Below are positions 12,496 through 23,170 of a stretch of 40,135 nucleotides of DNA, one piece after another; position 1 is the stretch's first letter, and every line of letters starts with the position of its first letter. The notes below the pieces were generated by a model. It had not been told where the DNA came from and did no database searches. It saw nothing but the letters and a program-made list of their open reading frames with translations. A program made the translations under genes and the position numbers. Source of the DNA: Nemertoderma westbladi (Eukaryota; Animalia; Xenacoelomorpha); the NCBI GenBank assembly GCA_032718475.1, contig JAUCBJ010002806.1, forward strand, positions 1 through 40,135. Reading direction: 5' to 3'.

Positions 12496-13391
12496 TCCGA
12501 AGGAAGACATTAATAACATCTGGAAAATAGAAATCACTGTGTTTTTGAACTGTCGTGGAAAGGTTGTGGACGTCCGTAAAGTACAAGTCGTTGTAAGAAC
12601 GTGTTTTATGCGAGCTAGTTTGGGTCCGTCATCTCCACGACGAAGTGAGTTAGCACTTGGAAATGACTTTGAGATACTTTTAAAAGCCGTTTAGGAGCTT
12701 CTCGTGCTGAAGGCATGACAAATCCTTTACAGCCATTAAAATATACCATTATTGATAGCACCTCCATAAATTATATCAAGCTGTGATTTTACTGCACATT
12801 ACAAATGTGCTTCATTCCAATTACTATATAGAACTGTTAAGAGGAAATCAACAGGTTTCCCTGCTTTGCTATTTTAAATATCAGTTTTCCAGCCGTGCCA
12901 TTAGACCCTACTAATTACGCTATTGTATGTCTGTCCCGTTATAACCAGTAACAATGTGTTGGCAAGCTGTATGCATTTGGAATGCCAAATGCATATGGCA
13001 TGCATTTTCACTCATCCATGTCATGTATTTTGAAACTGTCATTAAAATTATATTGAAAATTAACTACAAATAAACAGGATCAGTGAACAGGTTCAACATT
13101 TTAAGTTCAATAGTTCATGGTGGTAACCATCACGTTCACGGCCAGTTGAACCCGATGCTACCGGAATGCAGAGTCGAACAATCCCGGACGAACCCGCCAA
13201 CCCTCTTCCATTTCATTATTTCTGTTGTTATTTTAAAACACAGAACTTACATAGGTTTACATTAATAAATGAGTTATACATTTTACAAAACAACTAACAC
13301 TGTTAGTGTAACAATTAAGTTTGCAATAGTCAACAACTCTGTGAATCTTTACTACATCTAAATGAACAGGTTTGCAGCCCTTTGTTTATGT

Positions 13392-13500
13392 TCAACCGAG
13401 GCAAGTATCGCCGCAGAATTCCTCGCAATTTTGGTCGCCATTACATTCTTTTCCACAATCTGAGCACATCTCTCTTCTGTTCATTTTCTCCTTTTCGTCT
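13392..13500 (-). CDS. Secreted cysteine-rich peptide precursor, last coding exon (propeptide end, RR, mature peptide)
   Basis: Acceptor ttcAG at 13501, phase 2. Translates (R)DEKEKMNRR-EMCSDCGKECNGDQNCEEFCGDTCLG*. Confidence 0.85.
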
Positions 13501-13754
13501 CTGAATATAAGGCATTCATTGTATGTAAAAGGTGACACAATAACAGTGAAATTGTGATACTAAATAGAAGATTCCACACTTTGCAATTTCCCCAACATGG
13601 TTGAGAAAGGCTTGTTTTTAGGAAATCCGATAGAAGATGACTCAATTAAAAACAACGTCAAAACTATAAATTTCATTGTTTAATCCAATTAAAACTTTAT
13701 TAATTAAGACTTTTTGTTCTGTAAATTGAATTAAACAATGATATTTAAGAGAGA

Positions 13755-14183
13755 GGGGTTAACCTCAGTTAATTTTTTCATCAGATTTGTTTTATGTTTC
13801 CGATGTAAAATTTTATGTTGATTCAGAATCTGAAATCAGTCTTTCGTTAAGTTGTTTCGTTTTAGAATTATGGCAACTTTTGTAATTTTCGCCCTAAATT
13901 AGAAAATTTGTAATTTTGGTGCTTCACCACAATTGACACCAAAAAAAGACCACTAAACACCAAAAAATTCGAAATATTTTGCCATTTTCGAAATCAGCGC
14001 CGAAACCGAAAATTACCCTAGAGGTACCGGTATCAAAACTACAAACTTTCAAATTTTGCGAGAAAATTACAAAATTTGCCAGAACTCGAGAGCGAAACCA
14101 CTCATCAAAAAACTAATTTCAGATTCGGAATTACAATAAAGTTTTACACATTAAAAATAATCTTATGAAAAAAGAGATTGGGG

Positions 14184-14190
<7 letters not shown>
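13755..14190. mobile_element. Palindromic MITE/foldback inside the peptide-gene intron
   Basis: Ends ggggttaacc...ggttaacccc with ~170-bp imperfect inverted arms (e.g. gaatctgaaat/atttcagattc, ttttgtaattttc/gaaaattacaaaa). Confidence 0.75.
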
Positions 14191-14219
<29 letters not shown>

Positions 14220-14449
14220 GTTACCCCAATGTAATTGTATTTCAGAGTGCTTATTTATACTTTAGTGTATCTATCTATCTATATTTATCCAATGATATGG
14301 TTTTATAGATTGTTAGATTGGTTTTATTTAATTTTTTAACAAATCTTCCCAACCATATACAATCATATATAAATTTATAGATTTTACAATCATATATAAA
14401 TATTATGTATTAAGGAATATTATGAGGAGCATTATGTATTATACTTTAC

Positions 14450-14529
14450 CTTTGCTGCAAATCTTCTGCAAATGTTAAAACACAAAAACAAACAATGAAG
14501 GTTATAGTAAATAGAAGATTTGAAGACAT
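14450..14529 (-). CDS. Secreted cysteine-rich peptide precursor, first coding exon (signal peptide)
   Basis: ATG at 14529 gives MSSNLLFTITFIVCFCVLTFA-EDLQQ(R). Donor AG|GTAAAG at 14449 is phase 2, matching the next exon. An upstream 73-nt GT-AG intron (14628-14556) links to a 5'-UTR exon. Confidence 0.85.
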
Positions 14530-14664
14530 TATTCCTTTGGTTTTCTTTTAAACCTCTGAATCGTATTGTTTAATTTATATAAATGTAAATTTTAATAAAA
14601 GTTAAGAAATTGAAAGGTAAATTCTTACCAGTCAGATCATGATTTTGTGGTGTGGTGGGATTAA

Positions 14665-15784
14665 CCCTATTCAACAGAAAACACGGGAGGGGGGGGGGGG
14701 TCAATATGACACCTCGTGGTTTTTTTTGTTATAACTCTGAAACAAACGCAGTTGGGAATCTGAAATTTTATGACTTTTCCTAAAAGTCTATTGTCTTCCT
14801 GATAGTGAAAACGGTTTTCAAAAATATTGAGTAGTTTTCGAGTTATAGCACCATTTTTTATCCCTACTTTTGGCACTTTTTTTGAGACGTTTTTTGAAAA
14901 TTTCATTTCATGAAATATGATTTGTAACATCTCTATTTTTTATTTACACGGTATTTTGGTGTTGGCAATTAAATGGAATACATATAAATGAATTTAGAAA
15001 TTTCAAACATGTTTTTTTTCGGCGTGTGACAAATTTTCGTGCCTACACCAAATTTTGAAATATGTCAATTTTGTAAATGTATTGTTTGAAACTGTTTTTT
15101 TGTGCAATAGAGGTTTTTGGGGTTCAAGTTTCGATGGAATATATACGAGTTGCACCAGACGTATCAAATTTGTATTTTTCGGTGCTGTGTGTAAAATTTG
15201 CGGCCTGCACGAAATTTCCTTTCAATAAAAATCCATTCAATAGTTCAATTGATTTGTGACAACTCATGTCTGGCGTTTTAGAAGTTTATGGCAGTTCGAA
15301 ATTCAATGGAATAAATAATTATCTAACTAGACATCTGAAACTTCTATTTCTCGGAAGTGGGTGCAAAATTTGGTGCTACCCCGTCGTATATAAGTGAATT
15401 AAAAATTTTTGTTCAAACTGAAACTTGTTTTTTTTTTCATTTTTCGCCTACGTAGAGTACTAAAACAGCCATTTGTAGTATTCTGATCATTTTTTTAATA
15501 TTTTCCAATGGATTTTGCGCCCCAGAAAACCTGTATTGAAAAACAATTAGCCGAAAATTGTAATTCCATATTTTATGAAATTGTTCACTACTTGTAATTT
15601 TGGTGCTGCCATACTGTATAACCACCCAAGTACATTTTTTCGAAAATCTTTTTCGGTCGGATTCAGAATAGTGAAATGTACGTGGGGTAAGTCTACGTAT
15701 TGGGGCGTCAATATGACCCCCCCCCCCCCCCCCCCCCCCGGTATTTGTGCAACATTTTATAGCCCGGTACTACAGTAAATAGGG
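14665..15784. mobile_element. Non-autonomous piggyBac-like element
   Basis: TTAA on both sides (14661-14664, 15785-15788), termini CCCTATT...AATAGGG, and subterminal inverted polyG-tcaatatgac / gtcaatatga-polyC. No transposase. Confidence 0.8.
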
Positions 15785-17487
15785 TTAATGGGGGGGGGGG
15801 GGGGGGGGATTCACTAATTCACTATAAATTCATTTTAAATTTATTCGCCTTTATCCAAATTGATTGATATTATGCACACTTTTATACAGAAGGTGGATAC
15901 CAAACTTTCAAACATTTGCAAAGGATCTTCTTAGATGGATGGTGGTATTCAAGTTCCAAATTTTCATCATTTGTGCACAATGGTGTAATGAAAAGACTGT
16001 ATGACCGGAATTTTGATAAATGCGCATGTTCAAAAATTATTCGAAAAATAAGATTTTTTTCGCCACATTTTTGACACATTTTGCTATTTTAAATATGACA
16101 CTTTTTGACATATATTTCAGCAACCACAAACAAAATTAAAAAAAGTTGCGATTAGGCGGTGAAGCATCACCCAAACATTCATGCCAAATTCATTCATTTA
16201 TGGAAAATCCTTTGCAATTTGAATTTTTTAAATTGAATTCGTCAGTAAAAAAGTGTATTTAAAGTCTGGTATTGAGGTAATTAAATCTGTCCATTGAAAT
16301 GTTGGAATGCTCACAACCCAGAAAATATTTTGTTGCAAGGGTTTTCCGTGTCGATGATTTCATTCTATCTGCCCTACAAGAAAATTTATCAATCGCAAAA
16401 GAGACGAAGATAATTTGTGACACCATCACGAATTTTTTCACGATATTTTTGGGGAGAATAAATTCATTTTTTCAGGCAATTTTTGGGGAGAACAAGTAGC
16501 GAGTTTTAATACTAAATGTATGCCATATACCTCAGTAATGATTTCAAGTTGTCAATGAATGGTCTATTCATTGATAATAATATTCATTCATTGATAGTAA
16601 TATTCATTTATAATGTGGCGGTGTGTTTGAATGAATTCAATATATCTTAAAAAACATTGTATCTTAATTTTGACTGTACAGTACAGGCTTATACATATTC
16701 TCCTGATATATATAGGAGCATCTTTCATTACTTCGATTATATCCCATCAAATGACCATTAAATCCTAATGACCCACATAGAGACACGTTGTGGGGTCTTC
16801 GAGCAGCACGTGTTCAAATGTTCAATGACTGAGCAGCGACTAATTAACAAATTTATGAGAGATTCATTGACCAGCTACCGACAGACCAATATTGTGAATA
16901 TTATTGAATATATTTTAGTTTAATGTTTGATTCAATTAGAGGCACAAATTAAAAAGGCTACAAATATATAGGGTTGAATAATTAAATTAATCACCCATTA
17001 AAAGGTAGCCAAATATAAGTTGCAATCTATATAAATTTTTAAATTCAGTAGTGTGCGTGTGTTGTGTATTGATTCCGTAGATTTCATGTTGAAATAGCGT
17101 TCATTAATTTAATTTCTATTTAATTATTCAGGCATACTAATACACACATTGAATTAGTTCGTGTGTGTTAAGTGTGTAAGATTTGATTGTTTTGGCATTT
17201 CACAAACGTCGAGAATTTCGCAAACGTCGCAAACTTCGGGAATTTGTTCTACAATTTTGACTCCTTAAGCAAAAGGGTCCCGAGTGAGTTTTTTAACCTT
17301 TATTTTTTTGTGATTTTGAGTGCTTTTTTATATTAGTGAATGTTCTAGAACCTTAGTAGATTTTTTATGGTATATAGCTAGTATTTTTTACTAGCTAGTA
17401 ATTTTTGGAAATTATTTTGGTCATTAATATATTCTTCAACAGTTTAACCTGAAATATCATGGACTTTCACATTTTTTATAATTTCAA

Positions 17488-20400
17488 TTTTTCAGTTTTT
17501 ACCAGGTCAGGTCAGGTCCCCAGATACTGCTACCACTATGGCAGTAATGTGGTACTACCTGTAGCTGTCAGCCCAGTAGGGCAGGCCCGATAAGCATAGC
17601 CTATTCATTATTTAGTTGATCAAGAGTGGGTTGGTTCAGCCCCGTCAACTAAATAAGTCATTGAGGGCTATAGCGCCTAGGGCACCATTGAAGGCAAACG
17701 CTTGATACGCATCTGCATTAGAGATGATACAAGCCCCGCTCTGTCTATACTGGATGCTCCTCTACCAGTGTTAGGTAACCTAACCCAGGAGGCACACTTG
17801 GTTCAGGGTGTAACAAAAGGACCCCTACAGTCGGCAGCAGGGCTGTAGGCCATGGATAGGCGGAAGGTAATCAACCAACGGCTAGACATGCTGACAAGGT
17901 CGGCGGAAGGTAATCAACCAACGGCGACCTACTGCGAAGACGCTTGTAGGAGTTGCGACCACAAGCGGTTTACTCCCGCAACTGAAAGATATGAGTATGA
18001 GAACCCTCCAGGAGAAATGCCGGCTCGGTCGTCGCCCGGGTCAACAAGGACCGCGTCCCTCAGTGGTACACCAGGCTGGGGTCGATAAATTGGCTACTGG
18101 AACAGAAGACAGAGAAGAAAGAAGAACCAACCTGTTGAAATGTAAAAAGACACTAAAGATTGCTACAATGAACGCACGCACGTTGAAAGCACAGAGCAAA
18201 CAGGGTGACATGGTCGCTCTGGCAATGGAATATAACATCGACATCATCTGCATCCAAGAACATCGGATTTGTCATGAAGACACTGCCATGAAGTACAATG
18301 ACATTGGAAATGGATGGACGTTAGTAACAAGCTCAGCAGTAAGAAACTCGGCCAATGCATCAATTGGTGGAGTAGGAATTCTACTAAGCCCATTTGCACT
18401 TAAGACCCTAAACAACATCGAATCTATAAATTCCAGGGTTATGATCGCAACATTTGATGGGAATCCCAAGACAACAGTTATATGTTGCTACAGTCCAACC
18501 AATGCATCAGAGCCAGAACAAGCAGTCAAGTTTTATGAAGAACTGACTGGACTTATTAAGGACATCCCGAAACACAATGTTAAAGTCATTGCTGGTGACC
18601 TGAATGCGCAAATTGGCCCAGAAGACATCAAGGGTTACACCTATAACACCAGTTCTAACAGAAATGGGTACTTACTTTTAGACCTAATGGAAGAATGTGA
18701 ATTGATACCAACAAACAACACATTCGAAAAGAGTAAGGGGAAGCTATGGACCTTTCAATACCCTAATGGAACCAAAGCACAACTGGATTACATCCTTATA
18801 AACAAAAAGTGGAGAAATAGCATGATCAACTGCGAGGCATACAGCTCGTTCAAACTAATTGGTTCGGACCACAGAATTGTCACTGCAGAGATCAGACTCA
18901 GTTTGAGAGCCAGCAAACCCAGGACAAGCAAGCAAATCAACTATGACTGGGAGAAACTCAGAACTGACAATGCTGTAAGGGATGCTTATACAGTAGAAGT
19001 TCAAAACCGCTTTGAAGCACTTCAGTCAATGGATGAAGACCAATCCACCGATTCAATATACCAGAATATAATAACAGCCCACAAGGAATCAACTAAGAGG
19101 CATATCCCCCAGAAACCTAAACGAAAACAGTATGTGCCATGGCAAAGCTCTGAGGTTACTTGTAAGAGAGAGGATCTTAAGATAGCCTACAAAGTTAAAA
19201 CCGAACAACCAACAACCGAAAACATTAACAAGGTTGAGAAAGCTAAGGACGATCTTAAATTGGCCTACAACATCAGCCAGGAAAAGTACATACAGGATAA
19301 AACTGAAGCAATTACAACTGCTCACATACAGCACCAATCAAGACTTACCTGGCAAACTGTAAATGAGGTATCTGGTCGGAAAGGTTGTGCAAAGGGGCGT
19401 CTCAAAGCCGATAGTCCTGAAGAACGTGTTGGGAAGTGGAAAAATCATTTCAGCAACTTGCTTGGGCAGCCACCAAACATCGAGGTCAGCCCTACAAGGA
19501 AAATATATGACAAGACACTACCTATAGAAACAGGGGACTTCACACCTGCCGAACTCCAAAGAAGCATTAAAAGCATGTCCAATAATAAAGCGAGTGGATT
19601 AGATGAAATCCCAGCGGAGGTATGGAAAACCGGAGTACTAAATAGACCATTATTGAATGTTTGCAACCGGATGTTAAAAGGGGAAAAGCCACCACCAATT
19701 TGGACTAAAGGTCAACTAAAGCCTCTCCCCAAGAAAGGAGACCTCGGCATACCAACAAACTATCGTGGGATCTGTCTGCTTGTGGTAGCTGCCAAAATAT
19801 ACAATAAAATGATTTTATATAGGAGTAGGCCTCACATAGAGAAACTACTGCGTAAGAGCCAAAACGGATTTCGACCAAGTAGATCAACAATAGCTCAGAT
19901 ACTTGCACTACGGAGACTGATTGAAGGAATTAAGTCAAAGAATCTCCCCGCAGTCATGACTTTTGTGGACTTCAAGAAGGCATTCGACTCCATCCATAGA
20001 GGTAAAATGCTTGAAATCCTAAGAGCTTATGGAATACCAGAAGTAATTGTTGCTGGCATTGGATTGTTATATTGTGACACAGAAACGCAGGTACTCTCAC
20101 CAGATGGTGAAACTGAGTTTTTATCAATCCTGGCTGGCGTACTGCAAGGTGACACATTAGCACCATTACTATTTGTAATTGTGCTGGATTACGCAATGAG
20201 GACGGCCACAAAGGGTGAAGATCTGGGATTCACACTTCAAGAACGCAGAAGTAGTAGATATCCGGCAACTACAGTCACAGACACCGACTTTGCGGATGAC
20301 ATCGCCCTGCTCTCTAATACGCTAGCAGATGCACAGCTTCTACTAAATAAAGTGGAGAGGGCTGCTAAGGAGGTTGGATTGTATATAAATGCTACCAAGA

Positions 20401-21041
20401 CCGAATTCATGACCTTTAATGTTGATGGAAACTTGACAACCATTGATAATAATCAACTAAGGAAGGTCGATGACTTCCAGTACCTTGGATCATGGATAGA
20501 GAGTAGCAAAAAGGACATAGAAGTTAGGAAAGCAAAGGCTTGGGTAGCTCTATCAAAAATGGATACCATCTGGAAATCAGATCTCTCCAGGCACCTGAAG
20601 ACTAAGTTCTTTCGAGCCACAGTGGAAAGTGTATTTTTATATGGGGGTGAGACCTGGACACTGACTAAATCACTTGAACAACGAATTGATGGTTGCTACA
20701 CAAGACTACTAAGGGCAGCCCTAAACATCAGCTGGAGACAACACATGACAAACGCCGAGCTTTATGGTACAATACCACCTGTATCAACCACCCTCCGTGA
20801 ACGCAGATTAAGATTCAGTGGGCACTGCTGGCGAAGTAAAGACGAGGTCATACCAGATCTACTTCTCTGGCAACCAACTCATGGAAAGCGTAGTCGTGGA
20901 CGACCTGCCATAACATATATAGATCAACTTGAAAGGGATACTGAACTTGGGAGAAACGAAATTGCGACAACTATGGAGAATCGGGAAGCCTGGAAGGATC
21001 TCATTTCCACTGTCCGAGTTCGCTCGACCTAGTAATAGTAG
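17488..21041 (+). mobile_element. Full-length RTE-clade LINE
   Basis: 11-bp TSD TATAATTTCAA (17477-17487 and 21042-21052), ~500-nt 5' UTR, single ORF, and a TAG/TAA microsatellite tail starting at the stop codon. Confidence 0.93.
17991..21032 (+). CDS. RTE APE endonuclease-reverse transcriptase polyprotein (1013 aa, uninterrupted)
   Basis: APE motifs MNARTL, IQEHR, GGVG, YSPT, GDLNA, LDY, SDH. RT motifs QNGFR, FVDFKKAFDS, GVLQGD, FADD, YLGS. RTE-type C-terminus RRLRFSGH..R...G.R.RGRP. Confidence 0.95.
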   Translation: MSMRTLQEKCRLGRRPGQQGPRPSVVHQAGVDKLATGTEDREERRTNLLKCKKTLKIATMNARTLKAQSKQGDMVALAMEYNIDIICIQEHRICHEDTAMKYNDIGNGWTLVTSSAVRNSANASIGGVGILLSPFALKTLNNIESINSRVMIATFDGNPKTTVICCYSPTNASEPEQAVKFYEELTGLIKDIPKHNVKVIAGDLNAQIGPEDIKGYTYNTSSNRNGYLLLDLMEECELIPTNNTFEKSKGKLWTFQYPNGTKAQLDYILINKKWRNSMINCEAYSSFKLIGSDHRIVTAEIRLSLRASKPRTSKQINYDWEKLRTDNAVRDAYTVEVQNRFEALQSMDEDQSTDSIYQNIITAHKESTKRHIPQKPKRKQYVPWQSSEVTCKREDLKIAYKVKTEQPTTENINKVEKAKDDLKLAYNISQEKYIQDKTEAITTAHIQHQSRLTWQTVNEVSGRKGCAKGRLKADSPEERVGKWKNHFSNLLGQPPNIEVSPTRKIYDKTLPIETGDFTPAELQRSIKSMSNNKASGLDEIPAEVWKTGVLNRPLLNVCNRMLKGEKPPPIWTKGQLKPLPKKGDLGIPTNYRGICLLVVAAKIYNKMILYRSRPHIEKLLRKSQNGFRPSRSTIAQILALRRLIEGIKSKNLPAVMTFVDFKKAFDSIHRGKMLEILRAYGIPEVIVAGIGLLYCDTETQVLSPDGETEFLSILAGVLQGDTLAPLLFVIVLDYAMRTATKGEDLGFTLQERRSSRYPATTVTDTDFADDIALLSNTLADAQLLLNKVERAAKEVGLYINATKTEFMTFNVDGNLTTIDNNQLRKVDDFQYLGSWIESSKKDIEVRKAKAWVALSKMDTIWKSDLSRHLKTKFFRATVESVFLYGGETWTLTKSLEQRIDGCYTRLLRAALNISWRQHMTNAELYGTIPPVSTTLRERRLRFSGHCWRSKDEVIPDLLLWQPTHGKRSRGRPAITYIDQLERDTELGRNEIATTMENREAWKDLISTVRVRST

Positions 21042-21211
21042 TATAATTTCAAAAAATACTAGCTAGCAAAAAAACACTAGCTATCTTAAAATACATATCT
21101 ACTAATGTTGTAGAACTTTCACCAATACCAAAAAAATTAAAAAATCTAAAAAAGGATTGGTGACAAATGGCTGAGGTGTCGACAGGGCGAAGTAGGGACC
21201 GTGTTGCTTAA

Positions 21212-22386
21212 CCCCTTAGTGCCTAATGACGTCCACTGCACGTCACCATGGACAGCACGAAGATGTGCAGTGGACGTCATGCTGGAATACATGTTTTATT
21301 GGAAGGCTCTTGGAGTAGGTATACTGGTGGATAGTATTAATGGCATTTATTGCTCTTCGTGGCAAAAAATCCATTCTGTACTGTAGATAGGCTGTATTGT
21401 AGACTGTATTATTAGTGTTAGGTATATGGCGTAATGCCAACCACAGTAAGTTCAGACTGACAGAGAGACCGACAGACAGACAGACTAGATTTATGTAAAC
21501 GTGTAAACTGACATCAGAAATGAAATCAGCAACCCTTAAAACCCCCATAGCGAGAATGTTGGTTAGTTAGTATACTTTCTAAGTTTTCACAGACTGACTG
21601 ACAGAAAGACCGACAGCCAGACAAACTAGATTTTTTAAACGTGAAAACTGACATCTGAAATAAAATTAGCACCCATTAAAACCCCCATAACGAGAATGTT
21701 AGTTAGTTTGTATTCTTTTTTAAGTTTTGACAGACTGACTGACTGACAGAAAGACCGACAAACAGACAACACTAGATTTATGTAAACCTGAAAACTGACA
21801 TCAGAAATGAAATCAGCACCCCTTAAAACCCCCAAAGCGAGAATGTTAGTTAATTTGAATTCTCTTTTATGTTTTGACATACTGACTGACAGAATGACCG
21901 ACAGACAGACAGACTAGATTTATGTAAACGTGAAAACTGACATCAGAAATGTAATCAGCACTCCTTAAAACCCCCATAGCGAGAATGTTAGCGACAAGTT
22001 TTAATTATTAACCATATTTCGTAAGATATATTTTAAAACATTTATTTATTAATAATGCAATAACTGAATAACCAGATAACGGAAAGACAAACCGAATTGA
22101 AACTTTTAATTACTAATAATAATTGTTGTGAGAGGTGATGGAAATCAAGAATATATGTTATGTTATGGAGCACGCGTTGGTAGGCACAGGCAAATGAATT
22201 GATGTCTGTTGAGATGTATTGAAGGAGCACTATTCCTTCTACTGGACTACTACTGTATGTCCTTGTGTACTAGCCTAGGCACTGGCTTGGTCAATGACTT
22301 TAGCTTGCAATGTTAGTAATGTAAAACTTCAAGAAATATTATTGGGCATGGCTGCCCTTGCCATGCATGCCTTAGGCTCTATGGGG
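21212..22386. mobile_element. Probable piggyBac-like non-autonomous element
   Basis: TTAA-CCCCTTAGTGCCTAA at left and TTAGGCTCTATGGGG at right (13/15 inverted match); no right-hand TTAA. Perfect 16-bp hairpin 21226-21241/21265-21280. Confidence 0.55.
21455..21990. repeat. ~143-bp tandem repeat, 4 copies, with (GACA/GACT)n tracts
   Basis: actagattt...aaactgacatc.gaaat...aaaaccccca...gagaatgtt recurs at ~143-bp spacing. Confidence 0.9.
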
Positions 22387-22639
22387 GAGAATGGAATCAG
22401 GGTATGAATTTACAATGTTAATTATGTTTAAATCAATTAAAAATACATTTATGAACGCAAATCACTTGAAAAAATAAAAAACTATAATGGAATGGGGTAC
22501 ATGGATTCCAGATATCTAATTTCTGTGCAAAATAACTTTAATCGTATGGTGCTAAACAATTAATTTTCATGGAGAGACCGTTCAAAATGACTCAACCATA
22601 CAATTTAGCTGAAGATATTAACTTCGATTATGGCTTCCG

Positions 22640-22739
22640 ACACACACACACACACACACCCCCCCCCCCCCCCCCCCCACACACACGTACACACACCCAC
22701 ACACACACACACACACCCCCACACACACACACACACACA
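22640..22739. repeat. (CA)n and poly-C microsatellite
   Basis: Direct reading. Confidence 0.95.
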
Positions 22740-22949
22740 GACTTTTGAAAAACGGCCATAGTATAATTATATCAGTTCGCTGATGGCTCGCCATACGTGT
22801 CTCGCCCCACATGAGTAAACCAAGATGCTTTGATCTTATCAAATCTTGCCATTCAAATCAATTCAAGTACAATGCGCATATATCCAACCAGACGTTGTGG
22901 AGCATTTGAGGTGTTTCACACCCCCCCCCCCCCCCCCCCCCCCCCCAAG

Positions 22950-23170
22950 TTTAACGCTTCAACAGAACCGCCTCCGATTCGAGTTATTTCGCAGAGAGGA
23001 CCAGCGTCTGTGCATAATCCTGAGCTTTGACAGCCACATGGGGAGTATAATCATAGTGGAAAACCCATGACTTTCTTGAGACGCCTCTTAATGACACTGG
23101 CGAAAGTCGTGGTGGATAGGGAGTTGTGGCGATGCAATTTTGTGGACAAGCCGGCATAGCATTCTTAATG
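22950..23170 (+). mobile_element. 3'-end remnant of a second RTE family
   Basis: Homologous to 38555-38810 (ccgcctccg, gaggaccagc, gactttcttgagacgc, atagggagttgtgg, aagccggcatagcattctta). Confidence 0.7.

Larger units (their letters stand above)
17331..21127. mobile_element. Palindromic non-autonomous element split by the RTE insertion (arms about 17331-17415 and 21043-21127)
   Basis: The two ~85-bp flanks are imperfect reverse complements (tagctagtattttttactagctagtaatttttggaaattat vs ataatttcaaaaaatactagctagcaaaaaaacactagcta). Confidence 0.7.

Noticed and set aside
11710-12513. 267-aa hydrophobic ORF as a membrane protein
   Set aside because: TTG start; the periodic hydrophobicity comes from T-rich tandem units, and the frame is not evidently kept in the paralogous copy.
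14450-14465. 16-nt microexon model (tttgcAG|AAGATTTGCAGCAAAG|GT) joined to the 14629 exon
   Set aside because: It is phase-compatible, but the longer exon supplies the ATG and a full signal peptide, while the microexon model has no start. At most a minor isoform.
17555-17600. Twister or HDV-like ribozyme at the RTE 5' end
   Set aside because: The twister CCGGUCCCAAGCCCGG-type core and the HDV P3/L3 arrangement are not present.
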